Shown here in pieces: positions 39,808 to 53,939 of a DNA stretch of 64,000 bases. Location: NCBI GenBank assembly GCA_013265495.1, contig MU057880.1, positions 1,084,527 through 1,148,526 on the forward strand, in the 5' to 3' direction. Source of the DNA: Vicugna vicugna (Eukaryota). The notes below the pieces were generated by a model that ran no database searches, was not told where the DNA came from, and worked only from the letters and a program-made list of their open reading frames with translations. Both the position numbers and the translations under genes were made by a program. Every line of letters begins with the position of its first letter. Positions within the stretch are counted from its first letter, which is position 1.

Positions 39808-41164
39808 CCCAGCTATCAGTTGTAACCTTTTAGAGCCTTTTAGAAAATGAGTTCTACATTTTTATGCCCTCCTCCCTGCTTTCTGGAAATCTGGAGTAAT
39901 GAAAATAGATGCTTTCCTGTGTTTTTTAATTATTTCATTATGTATATGAGATGCTTGATTATATGTTGGAAGGAAGCTGACTGTGTATTTACAAGAAGAT
40001 AAACATGAAGGAAGCAGAGCACATTTCATTTTAATTTTATAGCACAATCTCTGCTCCTAAATTCTGGTATCTCCAATTATAATTTCATACTTGAAATCCC
40101 ACCAGCGCACACACATGTTTTCTCCTTCACCTGTCACTTGTATTCCCATAATTATAAAGACAATAACACAATGATAACTGGGAAAAGAAGTTAATTTTGC
40201 AGATCAATGCTTTATGAAAAAAGGAAAAAAAAATTCCTGAAGATGAAGGACAAACCAATCTGTTAGCAATAAATATTTTAATATTTGGAAAATAAGAAAT
40301 TATTGTCTTAACATATATGCAGACTCTCTTTTGAGAAACTTTAAGACCCTGGTCCTATTTATTAAGAGATTGAGAGAAAGGGGAGAATTTGTACCATGTT
40401 AGAGGATTGATAAAATGAACTTCAGTCTCATCTACATACATAAAGAATGCGAAAGGACATTGGAAACTATAAAATACAAAAATGGCTATAAATGTTGTTA
40501 TATCCAGCGGACAAACAGGTGTCTCCACAAAAAGCCTGGCGAGTCAAACAGTCTGCTAGTAAAATCAACAAAAACCACTGCAGAGTTTTTCACAAGAGTT
40601 TTATAATGAATTCTTCTGACAACCCTGTGACATAGGTATTTCAACCCATTTTACAAAAGAGGAAACAGGTTTGAAGAGTTTGAAAGGAGGGTTGTGGGGA
40701 TAATTGCAACCTAAACTCTCGAGTTTCCTTTCTTTCCACCATCACCAGCTCCAGGCTATCTGCTTGTCCTAAAGTAAAGAGCCCTGGGGTCCGGGGGAGG
40801 AAGGCTGAGTGCAAGGGATGTGTGACATTAGCTAGAGGTTTTCCAGAGGTGCTTTTCATCCGGTTATGAAACTTCCCTCTTTCTTTATCTTACTCTTTGT
40901 TTCTCAGAGGTTTGCTTTTGTTTGTTTTTTGTTTTTGTTTTTTAAAATCATGGATAGATGCTGGGTGTTGTCAAAACCTTTTTTTTAATCCATTAAGGTG
41001 ATCGCAAGGTTAATTTTACTACATTGATATGGTGAATCATTGTGTATGATTTTTGCATGCTGAACCAAACTTGCATTCTTAGGATACATGCCCCTTAGTC
41101 CTGAAATGCTAGCGTTTTATATTTTTATTTTTGGAAAATAATTTGTTAACATTTCAGGATCCTT

Positions 41165-43285
41165 TAAAATTTTACTTTTAAAATAGATTTTATTTTTAGG
41201 GCAGTTTTAGATTCAGCTAAACTAAAAAGAAGGTGCAGAGATTTCCCATATGCTCTGTGCCCTCCCTCCCCACACACATGCACATGCGAAGCTTCCCCCA
41301 TTATCAATACCTCTCACCAGGTGATACATTTGTTACAGCTGATAAACCTACACTGAAACATATTATCACCCAGATTCCACAGTTTATGTTATAGCTCACT
41401 CTTAGTGTTACATGTTCTATGGGTTTGGGCATATATATGTATATATTACATATCCATCACTATAGTGTCCTACATATGGTATCATACAGGGCGTATCATG
41501 CCCTAAAAATCCTCTGTGCATCCCCTCACTGCCCCTTAACTCCTGGCAACAACTGATCTTTTTATTGCATCCAGTTTTGCCTTTTACAGAATGTTATATA
41601 GTTTTAATTATATGGTACATAGCATTATCAGATTGACTTATTTCACTGAGTGATATGCCTGAAGTTTCCTCCATGTCTTTTCATGGCTTGATAGATTATT
41701 TCCTTTTAGCACCGAATAATATTCCATTGTCTGGTTATATAACACAGTTTATGTATCCATTCACCTACTGGAGCGCATCTTGGTTGCTTCCAAGTTTTGG
41801 CATTGAATAATGAAGCTGCAGTAAACACCCAGGTGCAGATTTTTGTATGGACATAAGTTTTCAATTCCTTGGATAAACGCCAAGAAGCACAATTGCTGGA
41901 TGGCATGTTAAGAGTATGCTTTGTTTCGTAATAAACTAGCAAACTGCCTCCCAGAGTGGCTGTACCATCTTACATTCCCGTCAGCAATGGCTGAGAGTTC
42001 CTGTTGCTCCGCATCCTCACTAGCATTTGGTGTTGTCAGTGTTCTGGATTTTGACCCCGCTAGTAAGTGTGTAGCAGTATCTCATTGTTTTAATTTGCAT
42101 TTCCTGGTGACAGAGGATGTAAAGCATCTTCTCATGTAATTATTTGCCATGTGTATATCTTCTTTGGCAAAGTGTTTGTTAAGGTGCTTGGCCCACTTTT
42201 AAATTGGTTGTTTGTTTTCTAAAGTTTTAAGAATTCTTTGTATATTTTTGGATCATGGTCCTTTATCAGCTGAGTCCTTTGCAAATATTTTCTCTCAGTC
42301 TGTGGCTCGTCTTGCAATTCTCTTGACATTGTCTTTTGCAAAGCAGAAGTTTTAAATTTTAATGAAGACTAGCGTATCAATGATTTCTTTCATGAATCAT
42401 GTCTTTGGTGCTGTATATGGTCATCTAGGTTTTCTCCTACGTCATGTTCTAGGACTCTTATAGTTGTGCATTTTACATTGAGTTCTATGGTCTATTTTGA
42501 GTTAATTTTCATGAGGAGTGTAAGGTCTGTGTCTGGATCCTCTTTTTTTTTGCATTTGGATGTTTATTTGTTCCAGCACCGTTTGTTGAAGAGGCTATCT
42601 TTGTTGCATCGCATTGCCTTTGTGCCTTTTTCAAAGATCAGTTGACTATATATGTTAGAGTCTGTTTCTCTTCTGTTCCACTGATCTGTTTGTTCTTTCA
42701 CTAATACCATGTTGTCTTGATTATGCAGCTTTATAGTAAGTATGGAAATTGGGAAGTGTCGGTCCTCCGATTTTGTTCTTCTCCAATATTGTGTTGGCTA
42801 TTTTGGGTCTTTTGCTTTTCCATACAAACTTAAGAATCAACTTGTCTGTATCCAGGCATTTTGATCAAGATTGCACTGTACCTAGAGATCAAGTTGGGAA
42901 GAGCAGATGTTTTGACAATATTGAGTCTTCCTTTGTATGAACATGGACTGTATCTCCATTAATTTAGTTCTCCTTTGATTTCATTCACCAGTCTTATAGT
43001 TTTCCTCATATAAATCTTGAACACACTTTGTTAGATTTAAACTGACATATTTCATTTCTTGGGTGCTAATTAAATGGTATTGTGTTTCTAATTTCAAATT
43101 TCACTTGTTCATTGTTGGTATATAAGGGAAACAATGGACTTTTCTGTATTAAGCTTGTATCCTGCAACTTTGCTATAATTGCTTATTAGTTCCAGGAGTT
43201 ACTTTGTTGATTCTTTTCGAATTTTCTACATACAGGATCATGTCAGCTGTGAACAAAGACAGTTTTTATGCCTTCCTTTCCCGTC
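41165..43285 (-). mobile_element. Old L1 (L1MC/MD-like), ~2.1 kb
   Basis: Continuous antisense L1 3'UTR and ORF2 (ELKTYVHTKICTWVFTAASLFNAKTWKQPRC). Confidence 0.88.
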
Positions 43286-44144
43286 AGTAATCAGTAACAA
43301 GAACACTCAATATTATCTTCATTTCCCAGCTCAGGAAACTGAAGCACAGGGACATCATGTGATCGGCATAGGTCACATGACTGGTAAGTGCCAAGGCAAT
43401 GCTTTTTGCTGTAAAGTGTTTATGCTCCTCAGCAATGCAAAAGGTGGTACATCGTTTTTATTTTGGTAGTTATGTGTTCATTTTAATATGTCAGAAAAGC
43501 TAGGACAAGCACATCTAGCTCCTGATTTCATGTAGATTGTTGCCAAGTTTTAAAAGTGAATCCATTTAAAGATGAATGTTACATAGTAATATGGCATGTG
43601 GACATGACAACATATTAGAAATAAATCTGCCTGTTTTTATTCCTTCTTGACTCATTTCTTTTTCTTTTTTACTAAATCATTTTATACCATACTGGTACCT
43701 ACAGGATAAAATCCAAAGTTTGGCATTAGTCTATACAGCTAGCTCTAGCCAGCTGACCTCTCCATTTATCCACCAGAGGCCAAGAAGTCTTTTCACTGTA
43801 CATCAAGGACACTGTGGGCTTGACTCGCTTGAAATGCCCACCTCTCTCCTTTCCATCTATTTTTCTATTTCGAGATCTACACTGTATTACCTCCTCTATG
43901 ATGCCATGAAACACAGTTCAGAATGGCCTCATTTTTCATTTACAGAGTGTATTTTTAAAAATCAATAACTTAAACGTTAAATCTATATATTATGGATAAT
44001 TTATCCATAATGTTTATTAGGTACCTTTTGTATCTCAGGCACTGTCTTTTTGTCTTTATAATCTCATAATTGAGGGGCAAAAGATTCACATATGAAAAGT
44101 GAACTTACAAAAAAGTAACAACAGAGTCCATGACAGAGTCATTT

Positions 44145-44445
44145 CCTTCCTATCTATCTATCTATCGATATGTATTTATATATATCTTTTTCTTTTTATT
44201 GAACTACAATTGATTTACAAAGTTGTCTTAGTTTTTGGGGTACAGCCAAGTGATTCAGTTATACATATATATTCTTTTTCATTATAGGCTATTGCAAGAT
44301 ATTGAATGTAGTTCCCCGGCTATACAGGAGGACCTTGTTGTTTAACTATTTTATATATAGTAGTTTGTAACTGCTAATCCCCAGCTCCTAATTTATCCCT
44401 CCCCCTCCCCTCTCCCCTTTGGTAACTACAGTTTGTTTCTAGGAG
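44145..44445 (-). mobile_element. L1 3' end with TSD
   Basis: TSD gagtccatgacag at 44124-44136 and 44446-44458. Confidence 0.88.
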
Positions 44446-44899
44446 GAGTCCATGACAGCCATTATAAAAGGACACATGGATGTGTTGGAAAGGTCATAAG
44501 TTAGAATTAGACACCTGAATTTGTTGCTTATTAGCAGCAAATTAATGGGAACTTAGGCAACTTACTTAAGTGTTCTTAAGATTTCTCATTGTTAAATAAG
44601 AGAAAAATGTATTTTGCAGACTGTAAACCATAAGGTAATGTTCTGTAAAATGCTGTGTAAACTGCATAGCGATCTGCAAGTACATTTTTATTTGCCATAA
44701 TCTTTTCTATGGCAAGAGTATATTACTAACGGGAATTTTGAGACTGAGTTATTTTAAAATTGGTTTCCATCTGTAGGCCTTGGACAACAATAAATTTAAT
44801 TCTATCAAAAGAAAATATAGCATAATCATAAAATTCCCCCTTTGGAGTTATTAAATAAAAGATTCTAAATATGAAAGCACTTACTAGAAAAGGTAATGT

Positions 44900-44981
44900 G
44901 TCTGGCCAGATTCCAAGACTTTTAACGAAATAATGGTAATGAAATAAGCATGGCTTTGATATCAGGAGATACAAATAGACT

Positions 44982-45022
<41 letters not shown>

Positions 45023-46000
45023 TGTGGAATGTAAGACAGGTGCCATTGTAGACCATTGGGGGAAAAAGACTATTAAATGGGGTAAACCATTGCTAACTAG
45101 ATGGGGAAAGGTACAATTAGATACCAGCCTCACATTCTATAAAATGACTAAATAATGTTCTGGTGGATGAGAGACCTAGATTATGAAAATCTAAACCTTA
45201 AAACCTTAAAAGGAAATAAAGGAGACTATCTACATAACATTAGGACAGATAACATTTCTTAAGACAAATGAAGTACAAGTCATCATGAAATGAGAAGGTT
45301 TTTACTGCACTAAAATGAAAAATTTCTATATGACTCAAAAAATTAATTAAAAGCTACACCCCTTTATTGGAAAATTACAGTCACCATCATCACTAACAAA
45401 AACTTTGAGTCCAGAATAAAGACCAGATACAAATCAATCAGAAAAACACCAAAAATAGGGGGAAAATGGGCACAGGATATGAATAGACAAGTCACAAAAG
45501 AAGAAATGTATTAGAAATGTACTCAGAAATCAGCAAAACTTTGAAGCCTATTGGTGGGAATGTGGAGTGAATAAGAACCTGACATTGCTGTGGGAATGTA
45601 AATTAGCACAAATATTTTGGAGGATAATTCACTGTTCTCAAGAAAATCAAAGATGCACATACCCTGCAAATCAGCAACTTACTTCTACATGTTGACCTTA
45701 AATACACCCATCCCTGGAGGTGACAGATGCAAGGCTGTCTCTTTCAGCATTGTTTGTAACAGTGAAAACGAGACATGTGGGGTCAACCAAATTGTCTGTC
45801 TGTAGAGAAGTGAACAAGTAAGCTCTGGTTTAGTCTTATGATGAAAGGCTTAGCTGAAGAAAAAGATGAAACAGAAGTAAAGAAAGTTATCAAAATGGCT
45901 AAATTTCAATAATATTTAGGGGAAAAAAAGCAAGCAACAGGATGATATGCTGAGTGTGGAACCATTTCTACAGGAATTCTATCACACTTCAAAAAGGTCT
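44900..46000 (+). mobile_element. Degraded L1ME-like ORF2 remnants with (CA)n at ~44983-45020
   Basis: aaaatgggcacaggatatgaatagacaagtcacaaaagaagaaat and related motifs. Confidence 0.6.
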
Positions 46001-46664
46001 AAATGGTTTATTTTATGGATGTGGACTTGCATAAAATATGTTTGGAATGACACAAGCCAACTTTGGTCTCATGTTTCATCTGGGGATGTCGGGGAACTAA
46101 CTGGGGGCCAGAGAATTGGCTGTTATCAGAAGTTCTACTCCTTAAAAGAAGTCACTGGAAGCAAACAAGGGAAAATGTTGATATTTTAAAAATCAGCATG
46201 TAGGGATATGAGGATAAAGAACCTTTTTGTTGTTCTGTAAGATGCTTTCTGCTGGATCTCACATATTCATATATATACTTACAAATATATATATATTTAA
46301 TGATCTAGCAGTTCTGCTCCCAGATATTTATCTATGAGAAATGAAATGTGTACCCACAAAAAGACTTATACAAGCATGTTCATAGCAGCCTTATTCTTCC
46401 TGGCTCTAAACTGGAAATAATACATAGGGCATTGTAAATCGACAACACTTCAATGAAAAAAAATAAAATGAAATAAAAAAGAAATCATGCGTATGTCCAT
46501 CGACAGGGGAAGCACCCTGGTTAGACAATGAAAAGTCCCTCAACAGCAGGAAGGAATGAATGACCTCTACACATTCAGCAAGGGTGTCTGTCATAAAAGC
46601 TTTATGTGAGCTAGCGAAACACCCGGAAAGCAACATTATAAGGTTCTGTTTACATGGCCACAAT

Positions 46665-47576
46665 ACTGGCCACATAATTTGAATAGCCCGGCACAGAATG
46701 AAAACGTAGAGCCACAGAACAGGAAGAAGTGCCCTTAAAATTACCAAGACGTCAGGCTTTTCCTTTCTGCCACCGTCTTTTGAATCATCGTGGCATTTTT
46801 ATTTGCTATTTAATCTTGCTTGAAGTAAAGAAAAATTAAAATTGTTACATTTACTATTCAATATTAGAATGTATTGTTCCTCTTTACATTGTGCAATGCC
46901 AGCTTTAAATGCCAACATCGGAACATTTCTCTTGTATGCGGAATCACGGGACTGACACAATTTGTATTTTGTAGCTCGTACATCCACATGTATTTTGTTC
47001 TTATCCAAAGAGTGGGCATGCTGCACAGAGCTAATTTAAGCATTTTTGTTTCACTTCTTGAAGCACAAATGCTCTACCAACACTCTGCACCTTTGGCTTA
47101 ATGATGAGTAAGACCTGAAGGGTAAAGGAACGAAGGTGCGCTCTGCTCTCTCTCTCCTCTCCTCTTAGAGCATCATTTTTAGTGTAAGTGGCCGCCCAAT
47201 GCAAGGAAGTCAAAGCAACAGGAAAGGACGTGTCATACCCTTCCTTGCTCGCTGGTGTTCCCTAGAACACCATCGCTTCCGTCTTGTGTTGGAAGCAAGT
47301 TCTGACTGGCATGTAAAAGCGTTTGTTCATTCCTAGTGGGAGTATGCTTACCTCACTTTGTGTCTTGCTGAACTCCCAGTCATCACTTGTGTCCCGGAAT
47401 TTTGTCCTCCTGGGGCTTTGCAAAGGCCACAAGCCAATGGGACAACAAGGAACCAAGGATGCACTGTCCAATCAGACTCGATTTCCAAAACACAGGTTCA
47501 AAGATAAACTTCTTAAGAACTTCAAGACAGCAATAATAGCTGGGTGCAAACTAAATGTGGGGCCCTTGTGAGCACA
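46665..47576 (+). mobile_element. MER45B/R-like hAT-Tip100 DNA transposon
   Basis: Left ctggccacataatttg..gcacagaatgaaaac; right gttcaaagataaacttcttaagaacttcaagac..gtggggccctt. Confidence 0.7.
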
Positions 47577-50129
47577 GTTATTTGTGTCTATATTTTAGTT
47601 ATGGGCATATATGTTTCCCCAAACTCAGCAAACCTAAAATCTGTGCAATGTATTACATGTAACTTGCAAGTAAATAAAAAATAAAAAAACAAAAATCACC
47701 CCCAGCAGTTTTCTCCTAAATGCAAAACTGCAAAAAATTTTTATATGTTATTGATTTAATTTTTCATGATGACTAATCATGTAACAAACAGAATAGATCA
47801 AAGTGATCAAGTTGATCAGTTATCAGCCTCCTCCTGCCACATCCTTCCAGTTTTATGACCTACTTCAGTAGTTATATAAAAGTGGCAAAATGATTACACA
47901 AGCACAGAGTAATTTTTTTGTCTTGTTCTGTATTTTTTTCCCAGAGAAAGCAGTTATTCCTTTGAATAGTGTAACACATGAAAAAGAAGATTGTAATGAT
48001 AAGCCTACAATTTCAGCTAAACAACAAAGAACTGCTTCCTTCTTTTATGTCTCGTGGAATATGTAATCTGCCTGCAATTCATGGGAAATTTACAGTCATT
48101 TTTCTCCAGGACAGTGTGAGACCCTAGAAAGAAAGGCTTTGATAAGGATCATGATCTCGTGCCTCCTGGGCGCTTTTGTCCCGGTCAAGGACACATACTG
48201 AAGGGTGCTTCCCCCGGTGAGGTTATAATCACACCAGCGGGAAGGAATGAAGTTCAGTGCGGCTGGACTTCGCCTCACACTTAGTTATCACATCTGCAAT
48301 GCAATCAAGAACTTTAATGTATCTTCTTAAGATTTTATTTGAGTATTTTCCCAGTGACTAACCTTCAGGAGGATGGTGACTTATTTTCACGTTTGTCTGT
48401 AATAAGGAAGCTAACATACTGTCTGATTATTTCTCTGTTCACGGAAAGTGATGGAGGCACTTTGTAAAGAAACTAATGAATATAGGATGGTCTCTTTACT
48501 TCCTTGATGGTCACCATCAAAGAAAAATTTTTTTCACATATATATATGATGTAAAATATGAAAACCACATTCCAACCATTCAGGTAAAGTATCTGTAACA
48601 ATTGAAATTGTACTTCAAGCAGCTCTTCCATTTTTTTACCCCCAGAGAGAAACATTGAAATTATTTTTACTGTTAATGGTTTTTGAATCTCCTGGAACTT
48701 TTCCATATCATAGTTTCAAAATAATGACAAGGCTCTCCTTTGCAGAATGTAGGAGCATTTTTAAGGCCATCACCTGAAGCTGGTTTGAATTATAAAAGCA
48801 GCACATTAGTCACAGACCCACAGAAAAATTACAAATCTGCAAAAGCCAAGGTTCAGAGCCACTGCCTGGGGGACGCTGGTCAAGAATTTGGTCTGTCTCC
48901 CTGCCCCGACTGCCACCCCTGCGGGGACACTTAGGGCTGCCCGCTGCGCTCTTTGGGCATCTGGGACATGACCGCCATGGTTATGGAGGCTCCTTGGCCA
49001 TGACAGGCAGCAATGATGCTGTAACTGGCTGCTGAAGGAGACAGCCAGTTGCCAAGCACCGGCTCAGCTCTCGGCGGGGAAACTGCAAGGGCTGCTGGTC
49101 AGTCCTCACTCTGCGAGGCCGCCTTCTAGGAACCCTGGACAGCGACGGTGGTGGCTGGAGGCAGCTGGTCTAGGAGCTCTCTGGCTGCCACCGCACAGCC
49201 CTATAGGCTTGGAGGATTAATTTCTTAGCGTGCCCAAACCCCTTTCCTGGACACCAGCACAGCGGGCTTGCCAGGGAGCGGGAGTTGGAAGGCACTGCTC
49301 TAGAACACTCTCTCTTAAAAAAGGACATTTCAAGGCTGAGCAGATTTGGACATCCTGCCAAGGGATATATTCCCAGGCTGAACTGAATAACTTTGGATCT
49401 GTCTCAGGCTTTTCAACCCAAACCTGCAAAAACAGACCTCCAATATCACTCTCACGCCACTGGTGATGGCCCTCTTGGTAATTAATTGAGACTAAATGTC
49501 ACACCCTGGAAATCATGGCCTCTGTCAGGTTCCCTGAGCTATCCTTAACCCAACTGCTCTCCAGCTCATTCGCAGATATATCCCACCTCGTTTAAAGCTG
49601 GACACCTGACGTGATGATGTGGACGTGTCAACTCAGTGAAGCTGAGGACTCTATTCCCCCAGAATCAGCCTCTCTGGGTGGCACCTGGGGGGCTTGTGGA
49701 GCAGTGGCCATTGCTCTTGCAGGTGGGCTTCGTCGGGTGCTCTGATGAGAGATGCACAGGTACCTGTGGTCCAGCCTGTCCCGGCTCCTCTCCACCACCT
49801 CCTGCCCAGCTCGCCTCCCACCTGATCATCCTGTTGCACAGTTTCAGCTTCCTGTAGACTCCCCGGGGGCTCCCCTCCCAGGCCCACTGGCAGCTGATGT
49901 GCCTGGTTCTCAGACTGACAGGTCCAGCCCCTCCTGCCGGATCCTCCTTTCCCAGGCTCCTCTCCCCACTGTGTGAGATCCAGCTCCTATCACAACTCCT
50001 GATTCAATGTTCACCGTGACTCTGCTGCCCTGTTCAGATCCTGTCTCCTACATCTTGCTCTCCAAGTACCTCTATTTCTCTGACTTTCTGAGCTTCCTTT
50101 CTTTCCTCGGCCGATGCCTTTCACCAGAA

Positions 50130-50440
50130 AGACTCTCCTTCCCCATTTGTGATCAGAGACATCCTATCCGTCCTTTGAAGATTCATCTCCGATGCCAACT
50201 GCTCCACGAAGGCTTCCTGGTTATCCTAAGTGGAGACCACTTCTCTTTTGAACTCCTGCACACTTGTAGTTCTTCTTCTCTGCTCTCACGCTCGCGTTTT
50301 ATGGTCAGTCATTTTATTCTTCCTACTGGAAAGCAACTCACTTTCTAGACAGAAACTGTGGCTTGATCCCTTTGGTGCCCTAAGGCATTTCATCTGTACC
50401 ATTCTTAGCACTCGATGAATATTTGTTCACTTGAGTTGAA
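50130..50440 (+). mobile_element. L2 3' fragment
   Basis: tcctttgaagattcatctccgatgccaactgctccacgaaggcttcc..ctcgatgaatatttgttc. Confidence 0.55.
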
Positions 50441-50839
50441 TATTGAATACAGAAATAAAATCTCTAAGACGTTTCATGATTCGCCCAAAGTTATAAAGGG
50501 AATTCAATTAATCTAGTTAACGTATTTGAGGAAAATCTGTTACTGCCCAACAGGCAACGATGCTCTCCAGGCGTCATTCCAAGACTGTTTTTACGATGTG
50601 GCGCAGGTAAGGTGGCGGGTAGTACTGGGTTTCCCTTCTTTAGAAACAAGGCCAAAACAATTTTGCCATTAGGCTCATGTCCATTCACAGTCAACTGAGC
50701 TTTAGGCTTTGTTGTTGTTACATCAGGGAGCTCCTGTCTATTTGTCTGCAAATGAAATGTGACATGAAATTCCAACACACAGAACAGGGAATCAGAAAAG
50801 CTCTTCCACAGCAAGAACAGCAACAGCAAAACCAAAACC

Positions 50840-51970
50840 TTTTAAACCAGCCGCCCGTGAGCTTTGTGTATCCAGAGAGAAGAGTGGAGCAGCCCGGGGT
50901 GAGGCAGAGGCCACCCTGCCCTTCCCCCTCCCGCCCGGGCGTCAGGCGCCTCTGGGGGACCAGGGGCTCCGCGGACCACAGCTGGACGGACAGCTGCCCG
51001 CCCAGCGTGCCCGCTCGTGAGGGCTGAGCTCATTGCGTGCAGACGCGGGCAGGTCAGACACGCAGCGTCTCAGGCCCCTCTCACCACCTACCCACCTGGA
51101 CACTATGTTTTTTAGGAAGATTCCCAGGGGATTCTTATATGCCCTGAAGTTTGAGGAGCATGAATTTCGAGGATTGCGGGGAATGTCAGGATAGGAAAGG
51201 GGACACAATCGGAACTTATGTAAGTAGACACGGGTAATGAGATTGAATGGATTGCATCCACAAGGGAGAAGCGTGCTGGAATCTCCTTTCCTGTAGGATT
51301 CTGGGCCACACAGGAAACGCAGGCGATGTTTGGGAGGTTGAGGGAGCTGCGGTGATGGTGAGACACCGGCAGGCTCAGCGCAGGGTTCCAGCCCTCGATC
51401 TGCGGTTGGCCTCTTCCGGGCGGGGCAGCAGCAGGTGCCCCTGGCCCGGGCCTTGCTGGTCTCCTGCTTCAGCATCGCTGAGTCCTGGGCCGGCCCGCGT
51501 GCAGCCTGGCGCTGAAGAGCACGGGTACCCATGTGCGTCGCGGGAGCAGCCGCGGGGACAGGGGCACAGCCCTGCTGGTCCTGTTGGATTTCCGTGTATC
51601 CTTGTGAGTGCCCGCTGCTCTTCAGAGATTCGAACTTGCGCTGATCTCTCCAGCTTGGCAGCCAGATTTTCTCCCTCCCCCGCGCAGCTGACCTACAGCA
51701 GCCTCCGCCTGGCGGCCGGATGCAGCCGCGGCAGCCTGGCGCATCTCCCTGCTTCCCGGAGGGACGTTCTCTGACTCTCCACTCCTCCCCTCTTCCGGAG
51801 TCTTCTTTCCGCAGCTCCTGCCGCAGCCGGCCAGTTTCATCCCAGTAACTCATCCCTTACTCCCCATCAGTCGTCGTGGTCCTTCTCCTCCCCCCGTTAA
51901 ACCCTGACGGACACACGTACTGGGCCCCGCGAGAGCGCCTGCCTCCTGCTTTTCGCGGGGTCTCTGCCCA
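50840..51970. promoter_or_regulatory. CpG island, candidate promoter/first exon
   Basis: About 1.1 kb CpG-rich; ETS CTTCCGG (51413-51419, 51792-51798) overlapping or near GC box GGGCGGGG (51418-51425); donor-like GTGAGT at 51604. Confidence 0.55.
51040..51162. mobile_element. MER5-like hAT-Charlie remnant
   Basis: aagattcccaggggattcttatatgccctgaagtttgaggagcatg resembles the MER5A terminus. Confidence 0.6.
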
Positions 51971-53230
51971 CCTGCTCCTTCACAGGTCTTGTGTGGTCTC
52001 AGTCCAGGGTTTCCTGGATGCCTTGAAAAAGGAAGTAACATTTTCTAGAAGGATTTTTAAAATTTGATATGGTTAAAATAGCTTTTTCTTCTTGGAGTTT
52101 CTTGATGAGGCCCCAAACAATCGGTGAGATGCTGCTTAATGCCTTTCTCAGAGATGAGAGGAAAAAAAAAAAAACCCTCCTAACCAAGAAGCACAGAACC
52201 AGAGGAGAAAGCTCAAGAGAAATAGGCAATTAGGAGGAGAAGGACAAAAAGGACCATTGGAAATGGAATAGGACGATAATGAACTAAAATTGTTTTGTAC
52301 CAAGAAGGGAATCATCGCATGGGGTCAGACTCTCTCATCTTTCCTTTAACTACGTTTTCCCGCTAGCCTGTCAAATCAACCACCTGTGAGTTTAGTGTAA
52401 CCAGAAGACGTACAATTCTCTTGCCTCGTATTTTAATTAACATGAAGTTTGGTCAGAAACATGAGGGTATCTTTACTCCTAACCATGAAATAGTCTGTCT
52501 TACAATCTTAGGAGTTTTCTTGTGCCTTGAGCTGAGTTATCAGATTGCAACCGAAAGAGGAAAGAGTGTCCGTTCTCCATAATTGAGTCCATTTAATCTG
52601 CAGCCGATTTGTTCATTGCCTCTGGGGGTCATTCCAGTTTCCAGGTTTTCCTTTCTACCCTTGACTGGGGTAGTAAAAAATCTACCTCTTCAGATATTGA
52701 ATAAAATATTTCACTATTTTATGTTTTACAAGAACTCCTAACGTTTTGGAGCTAGCCCTTTTCTCTTTCAAGCAGTTGCCTCGGAAGCTGTAAAGGTTCA
52801 TATTTTCCAGATCTTTATCTCGGAGAAATACGGAACGTGTGACTCTTGGTACCCTTCAACCGAGGGTTGCTGGCAGTACTAAAGGAGCCCCTGCAACACA
52901 GCCCTTCCCCTGCTAGAATGAGGGCTCCGTGGAGGCGGGGATTTGGATTTGCTCACCGTTGTATTGCTGGCACCCAGACAGCTCGTGGCACACAGTCGGT
53001 GCTCAGTCAGGAGGTCCTTTGTGGTGTGCCGCACCTGCTTTTATATCCACCATCAGCCTAGCACACAAATGTGCATGACTTAGGGAAGGCAGTCAGAACA
53101 AGCTGTGTGGAGGATGAAACACTGAATGATCGGTCCAGGATCTGCTGCTTCCTAACCTGATTCACATGATGTGATGGGGTGTTCTCCGTGGGTTCTGTGA
53201 CCCGAATTGTAAGTGTGCTTGGCTGTTGAC

Positions 53231-53651
53231 TGCAGTAGGCTGAATGACCCCAACCCCACCCCATCTCCACATCTTAATCCCTGGAATCTGAGGATGTTAC
53301 CTTATGTGGCAGAAGGACCCTGAGATGAGATGAACACATCCTGAAGTATCCATGTGAGCCTGATGCAACCACCAGGGTCCTTACAAGAGACAGAAGAGCC
53401 CATGACTAGTTGGAGATGGAGGAAAGGATTTGGACAGACGTGGCCACAATGTGGCAGCTTATAAAAGCTGGAAGGAGCTTGGAATGAGATTCTCTCCCAG
53501 AGCTTCCAAGAGGAACCAGCCCAGTCAACACCTGGACTCTAGTCTGAAACGCTCTCCAGATTTCTGACCTCCAGAACTATAAGAAAATAAATTAGTGCTT
53601 TAAGCTGCTCTGTTTGTGGTAATCTGTTACAATGACCGTGAAAAAACTTAC
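53231..53651 (+). mobile_element. MLT1D-like MaLR LTR
   Basis: tgcagtaggctgaatga..taatccctggaatctg..ttctgacctccagaactataagaaaataaa..tgtggtaatctgttaca. Confidence 0.85.
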
Positions 53652-53939
53652 ACCGAAAAGTGTTATTTTCTCTGCATCAGGAGGCTTCTTTCCTTTGTTG
53701 CCATCTTTATAACTTCTTGTTATTATTTGGCCATCCTTAAGTGCTCAAGTAAAATAAAATTTTATAAAGTCAATAATTCAATGATGATTTTCCCACTGCA
53801 TTTTTGTTCCTTATTTTGAAATTCTTTGAAGTTGAATGATGGTAACATCACTATAAAACTGATTATAGTTTACTTAGAAGACTTAGAACATGCTGGGGGA
53901 TGTCTTCATTTAGGGACGTATCTCTTCATATAGTTACTA

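Noticed and set aside
48230..48296. Minus-strand acceptor followed by DVITKCEAKSSRTELHSFPLV-stop, like a terminal coding exon
   Set aside because: No upstream exon of compatible phase could be linked and the peptide is not recognised
50942..51853. 303-aa minus-strand ORF, the longest in the window
   Set aside because: Lies in a GC-rich island where stops are rare, runs through a MER5 remnant, has Arg/Pro/Gly/Ala-biased composition and no recognisable domain
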